From the human T2T-CHM13v2.0 reference genome, Homo sapiens, in the NCBI RefSeq assembly GCF_009914755.1, contig NC_060926.1: a stretch of DNA of 64,000 bases; one strand, written 5' to 3'. Positions 39,495 through 64,000 of the stretch are shown one piece after another (the first letter of the stretch is position 1; the number at the start of each line of letters is the position of its first letter). A program made the position numbers and the translations under genes. The notes below the pieces were generated by a model that saw nothing but the letters and a program-made list of their open reading frames with translations, searched no databases and was not told where the DNA came from.

Positions 39495-40602
39495 TGCCAT
39501 CTGGCCCTGCCTGCCTTCCTGTTTCAACTACAGGCACACAGAATTACTCCCGCTGAAGCCCGTGATGCAGGCGAGGAGGTTGGGAGTGGGTCCACCTTCC
39601 CAGGGCCCCTAGCAGCAGAAGAAGGGCCAGGCCCTGGGGGCAACCAGAGGGGCAGCCGAGGCTGGGAGCAGGCTGGCTCTGCAGACAGGCTCTGCAAACA
39701 GGCACACGGGGTGTGAATCCTGACTCTGCCCTTGCCCTGCTTAGTGACTTTGGCTTGGTTACTTACCCACTCTGCCTCTCATGGTATCCCAGATGGGTTT
39801 AATATCACCTTCTGGAGAAGAATTTGGGACCCAGGGCCAAAAATGGTCAGGGGCTGCCTTCCCTCTGGGGATCCCCCAGGGCCCCAGCTTCTAAATCACT
39901 TGGATGGGGGGAAGCGGAGGAGGAGGGCCTGATATGGAGGAGCCAGTTGGGAGGCACTGGGGAGGAGGGGAGGAGTAGGGGGGCTGAGGGGGCAGGGGAG
40001 GCTGACAAAAGAGACCAGCTGCTGTTTGCACACAAACCCCAAGTTGATAATGAGTGGAGGGGTGGGGCGGGGCGGGGAAATGGCTTGGCAGGAGCCTCTG
40101 CCAGCTGAAGAGGCTGCCCAGAATGCCCCCCCCACCCCACAGACCCCAGCTCTGGGCTCTCACTACCCACGCCCAGGGCATAAATCTGCTCCCAAGACTG
40201 CAGCAGGAAGGGCAGGAGGGCCCAGTCTGGGCAATCTGGTCCCCACTAAGCCCAAGGCTTAAATCCTTCTTGGGCCACACTCATCCTGAGCCCTGCCCTG
40301 GGGAAGCGCTTGTCATGGAGCCCATGACCCCGCAAGGAGCTGGGAGCAGGCCCAGGCTCCCTCTCTGAGCTCCTGGTTAGAATGAAGGCCCTTGGAGAGG
40401 CTCTGAAGAAGAGGGGAGGCTCCCAGATGTGAGGCCTTGAAGAGTCCTCTGTACTTCAGCCTCCCGGACAGAATCAAAAAGGCAGACCCAGGGATGAGGG
40501 GTCAGGAAGCCCCTGTCAGCCCCTTTGCCCCCAGTAATGCCAGGAGGGCTCTGGGTAGTCCCCTAGATAGGATGCAGACAAACAAAGGCAAAGAACAAAC
40601 TG

Positions 40603-40770
40603 TTGCAGTGGCTCACGCCTGTAGTCCCAGCTGCTCAGGAGGCCAAGGCAGGAGGATTGCTTGACCCTGGGGTGTTGGAGGCTACAGTGAGTCATGATTG
40701 CACCATTGCACTCCAGCCTGGGCAACAGAGCAAGACTCCATCTCCAAAAAGAAGAAGAAAAAAAAAAAAA
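40603..40770 (+). mobile_element. Alu monomer (FAM/FRAM-like)
   Basis: Single right-arm-like unit with A tail. Confidence 0.8.
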
Positions 40771-41439
40771 AGCTAAGGAAGACCAGCTGGGCTCCCTGGG
40801 TTGTCAGGAGTGGGAACCCCCCCCCCCCCCGTTTACTCACCCCCATCTGCCTGGAGAGTCATGGAAGGGCTTCCCTTTCTGTGGCCCCAGGGCCCTGCTC
40901 TGTCCGTTTGTGCATGCACCCCCCTGCCCCTAGAGTCTGACTGGCCTGTTGGCATCCCCCTCCAGGCAAAGAGCTGCCCCGTGCCCGCAGCCGCCTCCTG
41001 CCATGTGGGCTGTGGGCGCAGCTGACAGGCTGTGCGTGCAGGAGAGCGAGAGCACGTGCTCCTGCTGCTGCCGGGTGCCAGCCTAGCAACGGCTCCCAGG
41101 GGCCCGGAGAGGTGGTGCTGGCAGGGGATGGCAGCTCTGGTGCCCTCCCCACCGCGCTGCCTCCTAGTTCCCTTGCTGCTTGAGCTCCCTGCCAACACCT
41201 GCTCCAGAAGAGGGTCAGCCTGGCACTGGGCCCCAAGGACAGCAGTGGACCACAGCAGCCTGCACAACTCGGAGGCCTCAGTCTTCTGCTGGGGCTGGTC
41301 CCTAAGAAGCCAGGGGCTGAGCTTCATGGGGAGCAGGGAGGAAACCCCGCTGTGTGAACCAGGAGCCCCGCCTTGGGCAGAGCATGGTTGAGGAGCAGGA
41401 TGGTTCTCTTGGGTGCCCTTCCTAACAGCTCACCCCCTT

Positions 41440-41600
41440 CTCAAGGCAAGAGGGAGACTGGGTGCAGCAGGAGGGGAGGGAGGTAGAAGAGCCAGGCAAA
41501 GGCTTGGAGGGGCGATGAGAGAGGTTGGGGGAGAGGCACACAGCGAGGAGGAGGAGGATGGGGAAGGGGAGGAAGAGTGAGAGGGGAAGGGGGAGGAGCG
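41440..41600 (+). repeat. GA-rich polypurine low-complexity tract
   Basis: gaggaggaggaggatggggaagggggaggaagagtgagaggggaagggggaggag. Confidence 0.75.
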
Positions 41601-43519
41601 GCATGCAGCCAGGTGGTGGAGGGACCTTGAATGCTGAGCAAGTAGTTAGTCCTGGTGTCAGTGGGAGCCACAGAAGATGCTGAGCAAGGAGCCACCAGAG
41701 GCACAGAGCAGGAGGGAGATCACGGCTACAGGGCAGTGAGAAGAAGCCAGAGGGGTCCGCATTCGGGGAGTGGTGCCCTCCTGTAGGGGCAGCTGGAACC
41801 CAGGCCTGGTTCCAACCTGTGCTTGAGCTGCTGTGGGCAGCTAGGCAGCTGTGATTTGGGGCAACATGATGGCCTGTCCCTGTTTGTTGGGAGGGTCAGA
41901 TAGTATAATGTGGGCAGAGCTGTCCTGGAAGGGAATTACTGTCACTAGTAGGGAGGAAGCATGGCTTGGATTGGGGCTTAGGCTCCCGAGTCACAAGGCT
42001 TAGCCTCAACGTGTCAGAAATGGGCACCTTTGCTCACTTCCCCTCCTGGGCTCTGGGGGCAGTGGTGTCCACAGTGAGCGCTGGTGGGCTCCTGAGGGGC
42101 CCTGCTTGGCACTGGTCATGCAGCTGGGGCCACAAGCAGTATGTGTCCTTGAGCCCAAATGTGGCACGAGGTGGTGAGGGGAGGAGCTTGGTCTGAGTGG
42201 GCACGTGAATAGGCAGGAATGCGGGGGGTTTGAGCAACGGCCCACAGAGGCAGACCAGTAACCAGCGTGAGGGGCTCCAGAGCCCTAAGAGAGGCCTGGG
42301 TACCACCAGGGAAGAGGCAGCCGGGGACAAGGAGCCAGCAGCACACCAGGTTCTAGAGGGTGAATGGGACTTGATATGAAAGGGATGCTGGAGTGTAGAC
42401 GTTTTCCTCCTATGCCTGAGCGTGTGCCCACGTGCCCGCCCTGGTGCACCTGGATGAGTGTGTGTTCGGGATGTTTTCTCTGGGCTGGATTTCACAAGCC
42501 ACCACAGGGCCCACCTCACTGGGGGGCTTCCAGGGCACCGGGCCCTAGGGATGGAGCATGCCTATTTAAGATGCCAAGGCCAGTGCCAAAGAGGCCAGCC
42601 CAGTGCCACCCGGAGAGGGGACTGAGCTGGCTGGGGCCCCAGGCCTTACCCGGCCCACCCTCCCAGGCCACAGAGGAGGCATTGATGGCACAAGAGCACC
42701 GCAGCTGGCGCAGCATGGGCACTGCTGGGTCTTGGAAGGGGGAGTCGGGATGAGCCTGCAGCCTGAGCTGCTGCCAAACAGGCCCCTGAACCCAAAGGCG
42801 AGAGTGCCTATGGTCAGCCTGTGCCCTGGGCATCCTGGTCTCCAGTGCTCCTGGGCAGGCAGGGGTACCTGAGTCAGTGCCCACACACCCATCTGTGGGT
42901 GTTGGCAGGAGGTCAAGGACCCCCAGTCCACCCTCACCCCCGCTCAGACTTCTGTGACCCTTCCCCGCTGGGCAGCACCTGGGCCTCTGTGCCCGGCCCA
43001 CCGTGAGGGTCTGGCCTTGCTCCTCACCCCTGGACTCCCAGTGAGCCCCTGTACTCCCACCTCTCCCCCTGATTCTCTGCTCTTCTGTGCCTTGAGCCCT
43101 TTGAGTGCCCCCCTTTTTTCTCAGCCAACTTATCTGACCAAGGCTTTACCTCCCCCTCAAGCCTCCAGGCAGGACTGTCTCCTCCATGGAGCCTCCTAGG
43201 ATTGCTCCAGGCCATCTAGGTCACCAAGTATGCCCTGTGTTTTGCAGGCACCTCCAGGGGAGCTAATTCTCATGCTAGATTCAGCCTCCCCGCATGCAAA
43301 GCTCCTTAGGGGATGGAGCTGAGACCTACATTGTCCTCCCTTTCTCCTTGTAGGCACTGAATAAATGTCACAGTGGCCGGCAGACCACTCTGCCCGCTTC
43401 CCAGTTTCCCTCCAATTTTCAGGCAGGTTGTCCCCAAAGTCAGGCTCAGGTAAGTGAGGCCCTGCAACCTCCCCTGGCCTCAGCCTGGCTCCATCACATC
43501 CCACAGGGCCAAGCCCAGG

Positions 43520-43862
43520 TGGACACCCACATTCATACAGACATGCACCCGCATAAACACACAGTGAAAAAAGGACTCAGGCACGGGCACACTCCTACAA
43601 GCACAGATGCAGACATGCATTCATAACACACCTGCACATGCTGACACACGGGCATGTATACATGGACAAAAACAGACACAGATGTGCAGACAGACACACA
43701 CAGATGCATGCTCACAGATTCACACACACACTCACGGGCACACCCTGCGCACATCAGACACAGGCATTCCTGGGACACATCAGCAGACACAGACACACAT
43801 AGACCTGCTCACATACAGCACATACTCACACAGAACCCACAGGCACCCACCAGCACACACCC
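43520..43862 (+). repeat. ~340-bp degenerate CA-rich low-complexity tract
   Basis: Recurrent cagacac/acacac/acatgca units. Confidence 0.8.
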
Positions 43863-46577
43863 GGCCAGGCCTTAGATGCTGGAAGAGGAACTGCTGATCA
43901 GGGACCTGGAGCTGCTACCTCCTCCCTCGAGGAGCCCCCCAGGCCGGCAGAGGGCACTCTAGGCCCCATCCCTCCAGGCCCAGCCACTGGAGGGTTAGGG
44001 GTTGGGAGGGAGCACGTGGTCACCTCCTGCCCTCCCAAGCCAGGTCCCTTTTGTTTCACCACCCCGCCAACTCCCGGGAGGCGGCTGTGCCTGGGGACCT
44101 CCTGTGACTATGCCTGGCGACCGAGAGTCCTGCAGGACCTGCCTGGTTGAGGTTGTGCTCATCTGAGCCCCAGAGATGAGCCTGGGGGGCTGTGGAGCAG
44201 TGAGAGGACCCAGGCTCCAGGCAGGTGCCCAGCACTAGGACAGCAGCCACCACAAGGATGGAGAGCCCGCCCATCACCCATGCCTGTTCCAGGCAGGACC
44301 GTGCAGCCCCCAGAGCCCTGCGATCCTCTGCCCCTCACAGTGCAGCCCAAGGGGCCAAGGGTGCTTACCCTGTGGCCTCCCCATTGTCCCTCTGAGAGCT
44401 TGTTAATGTACTGTCCCCTGGGCGGGAGGTGGGGAGGGGCTTCCAGAATGCTGAAATGGGAGCTGAGAACCCCGATGGCAAGCCCCTCAGTGTTCCCCTT
44501 CTCTCAGTGCCCGGCTCTTCTGACCTCACCTTTCAGTACCCCTTCACCCCAACTTGGAGTCTTGGAGGTTATGCGTGGGAATCATTCAAGACACCACGTC
44601 TGCTACTTACAAGTTAAGAGTCTTGGGCGAGTGATTTAACCTCCACAACCTCAGTTTTCTCATCTGTAAAATGGGCATCTTTAGCAGTCCCTGCCTTGCA
44701 GGTGGAGCTGGGGGCAAACAAGGCAGTGCATGCAGAGCCCTGGTTTGGTGCCAGGCCATGGTGGGTGGATATTGGCTGCTTTCGCTGTGGTGATCACTGT
44801 GTGCTGAGTGCTTTCCTGGCTGAGCCTTTGGGACAATGTGTGGACCCCAGCAGGGAGTCACATAGTATGTGCTCACTAAACCCTGGTACATGAACCAGAA
44901 AGGGATGGGGCAGCCCAGGAATGCCACACTTGTGCCATCAGCCAACAGCCAGCATCAGGGAGAGCCTGGCAAGATGCCGGGCCTTGTTTTCTAAGTGGTT
45001 TGTTTCTTGGGACTTGAGTTTCTATTTGGTAGGACCACGCTCTGGACCTGGTGATGGGCCTTGGCTGAATGAGGTTCCTCCTCCTCCCCCTTCCACCAAG
45101 GAAGGACGAGACTGACCCTCCCCACCCACCAGCAACCCCCAGTCTCCTTCCCAGTTGCTCCCATAATTAGGCCCTGTGCAGTTCAAGAGGGGGTGTCTGC
45201 ACTGCCTCTTCTCCCCCAGCTTCATCAGGCCAAGGGTGGGGGGTCTCCCCTCCCTCAGGGGTGTTTCTGGCCCTCCCGAGGGCAGGCAGGGAGCTGGCCA
45301 AACCTGTGGCAGGGGTGGGGATTCTGTCCACCATCGTAGGGCCCCTTGCTAGGAGGTTAGCGGTACACGCCGCTCGGCAGGGCTGCGGTGTACTTAGGTA
45401 CATGGGCCGTCGTTAGTGCCGGCCTCACTGCAAGTGAATTAGCTGGTCCTCAGGGAGCAAGTGCTGAAGGCTGCAGGCTCCTGGCCCTGGCCAGTGATTT
45501 ATTACCACAACCTCACCCACAGCAGAGGCCGGTGGCATCCCTGCCCCCAGCCTACTGGCCTGGCCGGCGGCCGGGAGCAGGAGGCTGGTGCCCAGAGCTG
45601 CCCTGGCTGCCCGTCCACCTGCTACTCATCGGTCTATTCATCAGGACATCCCTGCTCCCTCCCACTGTTCCGCTGCCTTCATCCACCAGGCCCACCCACA
45701 CGCAGGCCTGACCCACCCTGCCAGGCTCCGTCTCCTACTCCGAGTCCCCTGGCACCTTGGGTGACCCAAGGGAGGCCCCTTTGTCCTCCTTCCCCCACCT
45801 CTGTGTCTTTCTGCCCCCCTCAACTGGAGCCCCAGGATCCACTAACTGGCGTTGATGAATAGCAGAGGTCAGCTTGTGCCAAAAAGCAGGCCCTTGGCAG
45901 CCTCTAACAAGGTTGAGGGAGTCAGCCCCTTGGTCCCAGCCACAAAAGCCCTGAGGAACCCATCCCTCTCCCTTCCATGGCCCCCAGAATGTTCACTTCC
46001 TCCAGTGGAGGCAGGTGCTCAATGCGCATGTGCTGACGGGTGCACGGACGCATAGCTACCCTTCCCCACGGCAAGTGGCTCGTGCTTCATCCACTTGCGT
46101 GGCTCACATCTGCTCCCATGTCTCCATGTCTCTGGCTTGAAAACTGGCCTACTGCGGCCACAGAGTGAAAAACGCCCATATTCTGAGGCCAAAAGACCTG
46201 AATTCCAAACCTGGCCTTGTCTGTGAGCTGTGTGATCCTGTCTCTGAGCCAAAACGTCCTCAAGGTCATGTGAGGCCAACCCCCTGCCCCCCTGCTGGCT
46301 CTGAGGCATTGATCTTGTGCAGGGAATGCAGGGCATAGAGATGCCACCCAAATGCACTGCCACCACAGCAGAACTTGGCTCAAAGTGTTTGTCCTGGGGG
46401 TCTCCTTAGCACATATGTGTGCAATTTTCCTGGTATTGTTCTATGATCCTTGATGTGTTGCTCTGTAATTGGTCTCAAATGGTTTCACCATAATAAATAA
46501 TATCTACAGAGCTGTTCAGAGTCTGCAAAGTACCTTTTTTCTCATTCTATTCCCACCTTTACAAAAAGAAATAGAGT

Positions 46578-49300
<2,723 letters not shown>

Positions 49301-50846
49301 TAAAACCAACACCCACAGATCTGCAGGGACCTGCTTGGTGCCCCGGCCCCTAGGAGGGGAAAGGGTGGTTGAACGGTTGGTGGTATCATGGGCACATGCT
49401 CGCATCTGCACACGCATGCACACATCTGTGGCCACATTCAGGACATGGGATCCGTGTTCATGGTTGTACAGACATGTACATGCACACCGAGAGACTGGGC
49501 GTGGGAGTGTGGAACGGGCCTGCTACAGGGAAGAGAGGACAGGCTGGGCCAAGGCCTGGGTGTGGCCGCGCGCCTGCAGGTGCCTCTTGCCCTGCGTTCT
49601 ATGCCCGCACCAGGCCTGCCCCCAGTGGCGGCTCCATGCTGTGCTTCCATCCAGGTAGGCAAGGCAGGCCCCCTCAAATACCCACCAGCGAGCAGCTGGG
49701 GCTCGGGCCCCACAGCACTGTTTCCTAGGTTTTCAGGCTTGGCTCTTTCCTGGCCTTTCCCACTGGCCCCTCTGGCCAGACTGGTCCCCTGAGCTCCAGC
49801 AGCCTGAGGCAGTACATGGGCATGGCTGCCTAAGAACAGATGAGGATGGACATGCTTCTGTGGAGAGGGGAAGTTGGCTGACACCCGTGTGGACACACAG
49901 GAAACACTCAAATTCACTCACGTTGTTCCTGGGCTGTGGGGCCCAAGGAAGTGTGTTTCTGGTGGGAGTTTGGGGTGATAGCACAGAGCTCAGTGTGTCT
50001 ATGCAGCAGGGGCCAGCAAGGCCCTGGCCTGAGGCCTTGGGATGACTGAGGGCCCCCTGGGAAGGGGACTCCAGGGCAGGGGTTGGAAACTTGGGAGCAG
50101 ATCTGACTTCGGAGGTAACACCACCAACTGCGCTGCCACACATTCTTGAAAAGCAACAACCATAAGCTTTGAATACCAAGAACGGGCATTATGAACACAT
50201 TATAAATGGCAGGTTGCTTTGTTATTGACATGTCATGCCAGTGGAAAGGCACCGCTGTTCCCCTTTCATCCTGAAGGGCAGCGCAGCTCTCTCCCACCTT
50301 GGCCCCAACTCAGCTCTTGCCCGCCTGGCACGTCTGTAGTTTCAGGTGCTCAGCTGGATACCAAGGCTGTAAGCCCCCAGGGGAGGTGGGGTCTTAAAGG
50401 GGGTCTCCCTTCTGCATCTCACTGGCGATCTGTGACCCCCCAGGGTCAGGGCCTTCCCTAAAGAACTCCCTCTGGGAGCAAGGGGTTGCTGGGCGAGGTG
50501 GTGCGCTCCCGCCAGCCTGCCTGTGGGGTCTCTGAGGCACTGGCCTGGGCCTGGTGTTCTGAGCTCCTGCGGCCTGTTCCTCAGAGTGTGGGACCACATT
50601 TCCTTAAGGCTGAGCAGCACGATGCCAATCCCAGGGATGTTCCTGTCTGTCCCATGAGGGAAAGCCAAATCGGAACCATTTGGTGTAAATGCCATGGAGG
50701 GGCCGTGCAGAGGCGTGGCTGGTTTCTTACTCATCCTTCAGTAAGGGAGGGAATGCCATAATCTCTTGGAAAGTTCCCTCAAAGGGCCAGACAATGACAC
50801 TGGGGAAATGGAAGGTGACATGGATGTGACCACATAGTCACAAAGC

Positions 50847-50970
50847 TATGTCCAGGCGGGGGACAGTGGGAAGGGCTTATGTCCAGGCGGGGGACAGTGG
50901 GAAGGGCTTATGTCCAGGCAGGGGACAGTGGGAAGGGCTTATGTCCAGGCGGGGGACAGTGGGAAGGGCT
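50847..50970 (+). repeat. 31-bp G-rich minisatellite, 4 copies
   Basis: tatgtccaggc(g/a)ggggacagtgggaagggct at 50847, 50878, 50909 and 50940; one substitution in copy 3. Confidence 0.97.
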
Positions 50971-51218
50971 TCATGAGTGGGGGCAGCCACTCACGGAGCC
51001 GGGACAGGGTCAAAGCCAGGGGACAAAGCTGGGACGGGGGCAAAGCCAGGTTGGTCCCCACCTCCACCAGTTCCTTCTGGCAGCCTTGATCTCCACTTGT
51101 GTGAAATGGGGACACCTGCCTTGATTGGCGTGAGGCTCAAATGACATAACCTATGGGAAACTGCCCTGGGTATAAAAGGCTCTAGTTTGTTTAATTAATT
51201 ACCATTTTAATTAATTTA

Positions 51219-57198
<5,980 letters not shown>

Positions 57199-57237
57199 AA
57201 ATGTTCCCAGTATGTGATAAGGAGTGAACTAGTGAAC

Positions 57238-57344
57238 TAGTATGAGCAACATGTCCCAGTTTGCCCAGGAGTTTTTCTAGTTGTGGCACTGAGAGTCCTG
57301 CATCCTGGGAATCCCTCAGTCAAACAGGGACTGTCGGTCACCCG
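57238..57344. mobile_element. MER81-like hAT-Blackjack MITE
   Basis: gtcccagtttgcccagg..gcactgagagtcc..ccctcagtc..ggtcaccc resembles MER81 with TAGGGTGACC-type termini. Confidence 0.75.
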
Positions 57345-57514
57345 TCGTCCGTAGCTCCCTGTGGTAGGAGGAGGGTGAGCCAGTCCGAGTTGGTGGTGTG
57401 TCCTCCCCTCGCCTCTGCCCTCTGCTCCTTACACCTTTCTCCCCAAACAAGGTGGGGAGATTCTCTGCCAGAGAAGGGAAGGTAGAAAAGACCTGTTTAA
57501 GATGAACAGAGAAG

Positions 57515-62556
<5,042 letters not shown>

Positions 62557-62679
62557 AGGCAAAGCAGTTCTTAGAGGGAAATTCACATTCATCAGTTCCT
62601 TCTGGGTGTTTGACCTTCCCGCTCCCACAACAGCCTGAATCCAGAACTGTCAAGTCTGGTTTTCAGCTATGGACACAGT

Positions 62680-62781
62680 CCACTGCCCGAAGGCCACCAT
62701 CCAGACGACGGGGAAGCCTTGATGGCCTTTCCGGAGCCACTGCCCGAAGGCCACCACCCAGACGAGGGGGAAGCCTCGATG
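62680..62781. repeat. 45-bp direct repeat with 57-bp period, 2 copies
   Basis: ccactgcccgaaggccacca(t/c)ccagacga(c/g)ggggaagcct(t/c)gatg at 62680 and 62737. Confidence 0.95.
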
Positions 62782-62989
62782 CTTAGAGATGGTACAAGCC
62801 AGGCTCTCATTGCATCTGGGTTTCGTGGAAAAAACAATCCTCTCGAGGGTAACTGGAACTTAATGGATGCGCCGCAGGTGGAAGGCGCTCTGTCCCCCTG
62901 TTTACGATGACGCATAATCCCTCCAACTCTCTGAGAATGTGACACAAAGGAGGGGGTCACGGTGGCTGAGGTCAAGGAGCCCTTCCTCT

Positions 62990-64000
62990 GTGAAGGGCGG
63001 CCCCAGGTCTGCGCGGCGGTGAAGACAGACTGGCAGTGGGAGGGAGGGAACCCGACAAAGAGTTGAGACGCGTAGTCCTCGGGAACAGCACTGTGGAAGT
63101 CCCCCGGATTGAGGCGCGCCCGTCCAGTGGAGAATGCCACCTCCAGCCACTGGGGCGCCTGGGGGCAGGGCGGAGACACAGCGGGCGTCCCTTCGCCGCT
63201 GCATAGGAGGGCGACCGCTGGGCAGCGGGTGTTGGCGCGGTATCCCCGCCCTGCCCAGCATCTGCCCCACGTTTCTTCAGGCTAAACTACCGGGATCCCG
63301 GGCTTCTTCCTAAAGTAAAACTCGCTCCGGAAAGGCCAACAGTCCAGCGGCCAGACGGGCACCTGGGAACGCGGGCCTAACGCGTACTGGAGACGGAGTG
63401 GCGCCCGGCACTGCGCGCCTCCTCCCCGCCGGGAGACTGCGTGCTAAGCTCAGCAAAGCCCCGCTGTGGAGACGGAGCCATGTCGCCCATTACCTAATGA
63501 AACTGAGAAGGGAGACTCAGTCTCTCTTCTAGCCCCGAGCGCAAGCTCTGCTGGACTTGGCATCGTCCGCCCTCCACGATCCCACACTCCGGGTTTTCCC
63601 CATTCCCAGCTCGGCTGCAACCGAGAGACAGACGGAAGAAACTGCCAATGGAAGGACGCAAAGCGTCAACTTTGTGTTCGCCCGCCACTCTCGGCCAATG
63701 TGCGCTCGTGTCTCCGGAGTCCCGCCTTCCGTGTCGGGCGCCCCCTTTTGGCAGCACAGGGACGAACCCTACGTCTCGCCATCTTGTGTGTGGCACAGGT
63801 AAATTTCTGGACTATCTTTCCACCTATTCTGGTCCTTTTTCCCACACAACCGATTTCTTAGTTCGACAGCTAAGTGCGGTGGCGATAAGGCCAGCGTAGC
63901 CTGTTGTTCTCGGATCGCCCACGTGAGCTAGATCGCTACGTCACGCCACGCTTGCCGAGCCCGGCGCCATCTTGAGTGTGGCGTTTTGATGCTCCCCTTT
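62990..64000. promoter_or_regulatory. PTMA: CpG island 3: housekeeping-type promoter region running off the window end, probably the upstream part of the PTMA promoter island
   Basis: CpG-rich; YY1 CGCCATCTTG at 63777 and 63965; E-box CACGTG near 63920; CRE-like TACGTCA near 63938; CCAAT near 63645 and 63696; ETS CGGAAG. The gene name rests only on recalled locus layout; no PTMA coding sequence is in the window. Confidence 0.55.
63737..63755 (-). promoter_or_regulatory. CTCF-like motif in reverse orientation
   Basis: Minus strand reads GCTGCCAAAAGGGGGCGCC, with a perfect AGGGGGCGC core. Confidence 0.5.

Noticed and set aside
50847-50970. 31-bp repeats as a CRISPR-like array
   Set aside because: Head-to-tail units with no unique spacers, in eukaryotic DNA; it is a minisatellite.
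51165-51185. TATA box GGTATAAAAGG
   Set aside because: At the edge of a MIR remnant with no other promoter context.

Overview
Primate (most likely human) GC-rich, Alu-saturated non-coding DNA. I find no credible protein-coding gene: the listed ORFs are Alu-derived, CpG-island GC artefacts or chance. Landmarks are a 7SL (SRP RNA) retropseudogene nested in a MER47-type DNA transposon (~1.4-2.9 kb), three CpG islands with promoter motifs (~18.5-19.6, ~37.0-38.4 and ~63.0-64.0 kb), Alu-poor enhancer-like blocks, CTCF-like motifs, and old MIR/L2/L1M/CR1/hAT/LTR fragments. From memory and unverified, the spacing of the 7SL copy and the three islands fits the intergenic region just upstream of PTMA (2q37.1), with the window ending in the PTMA promoter island. 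I see no novel gene system. The most unusual sequence-level signals are a 22-26 bp segment apparently copied from 4.1 kb away and flanked by a 13-bp duplication, a fold-back replacement of the SRP54-binding region in the 7SL pseudogene, three perfect palindromes within 57 bp, a decayed GTGCAC minisatellite in an orphan CpG island, a G-rich 31-bp tandem repeat, and a convergent CTCF pair. Repeat boundaries and family names were read by eye and are approximate.
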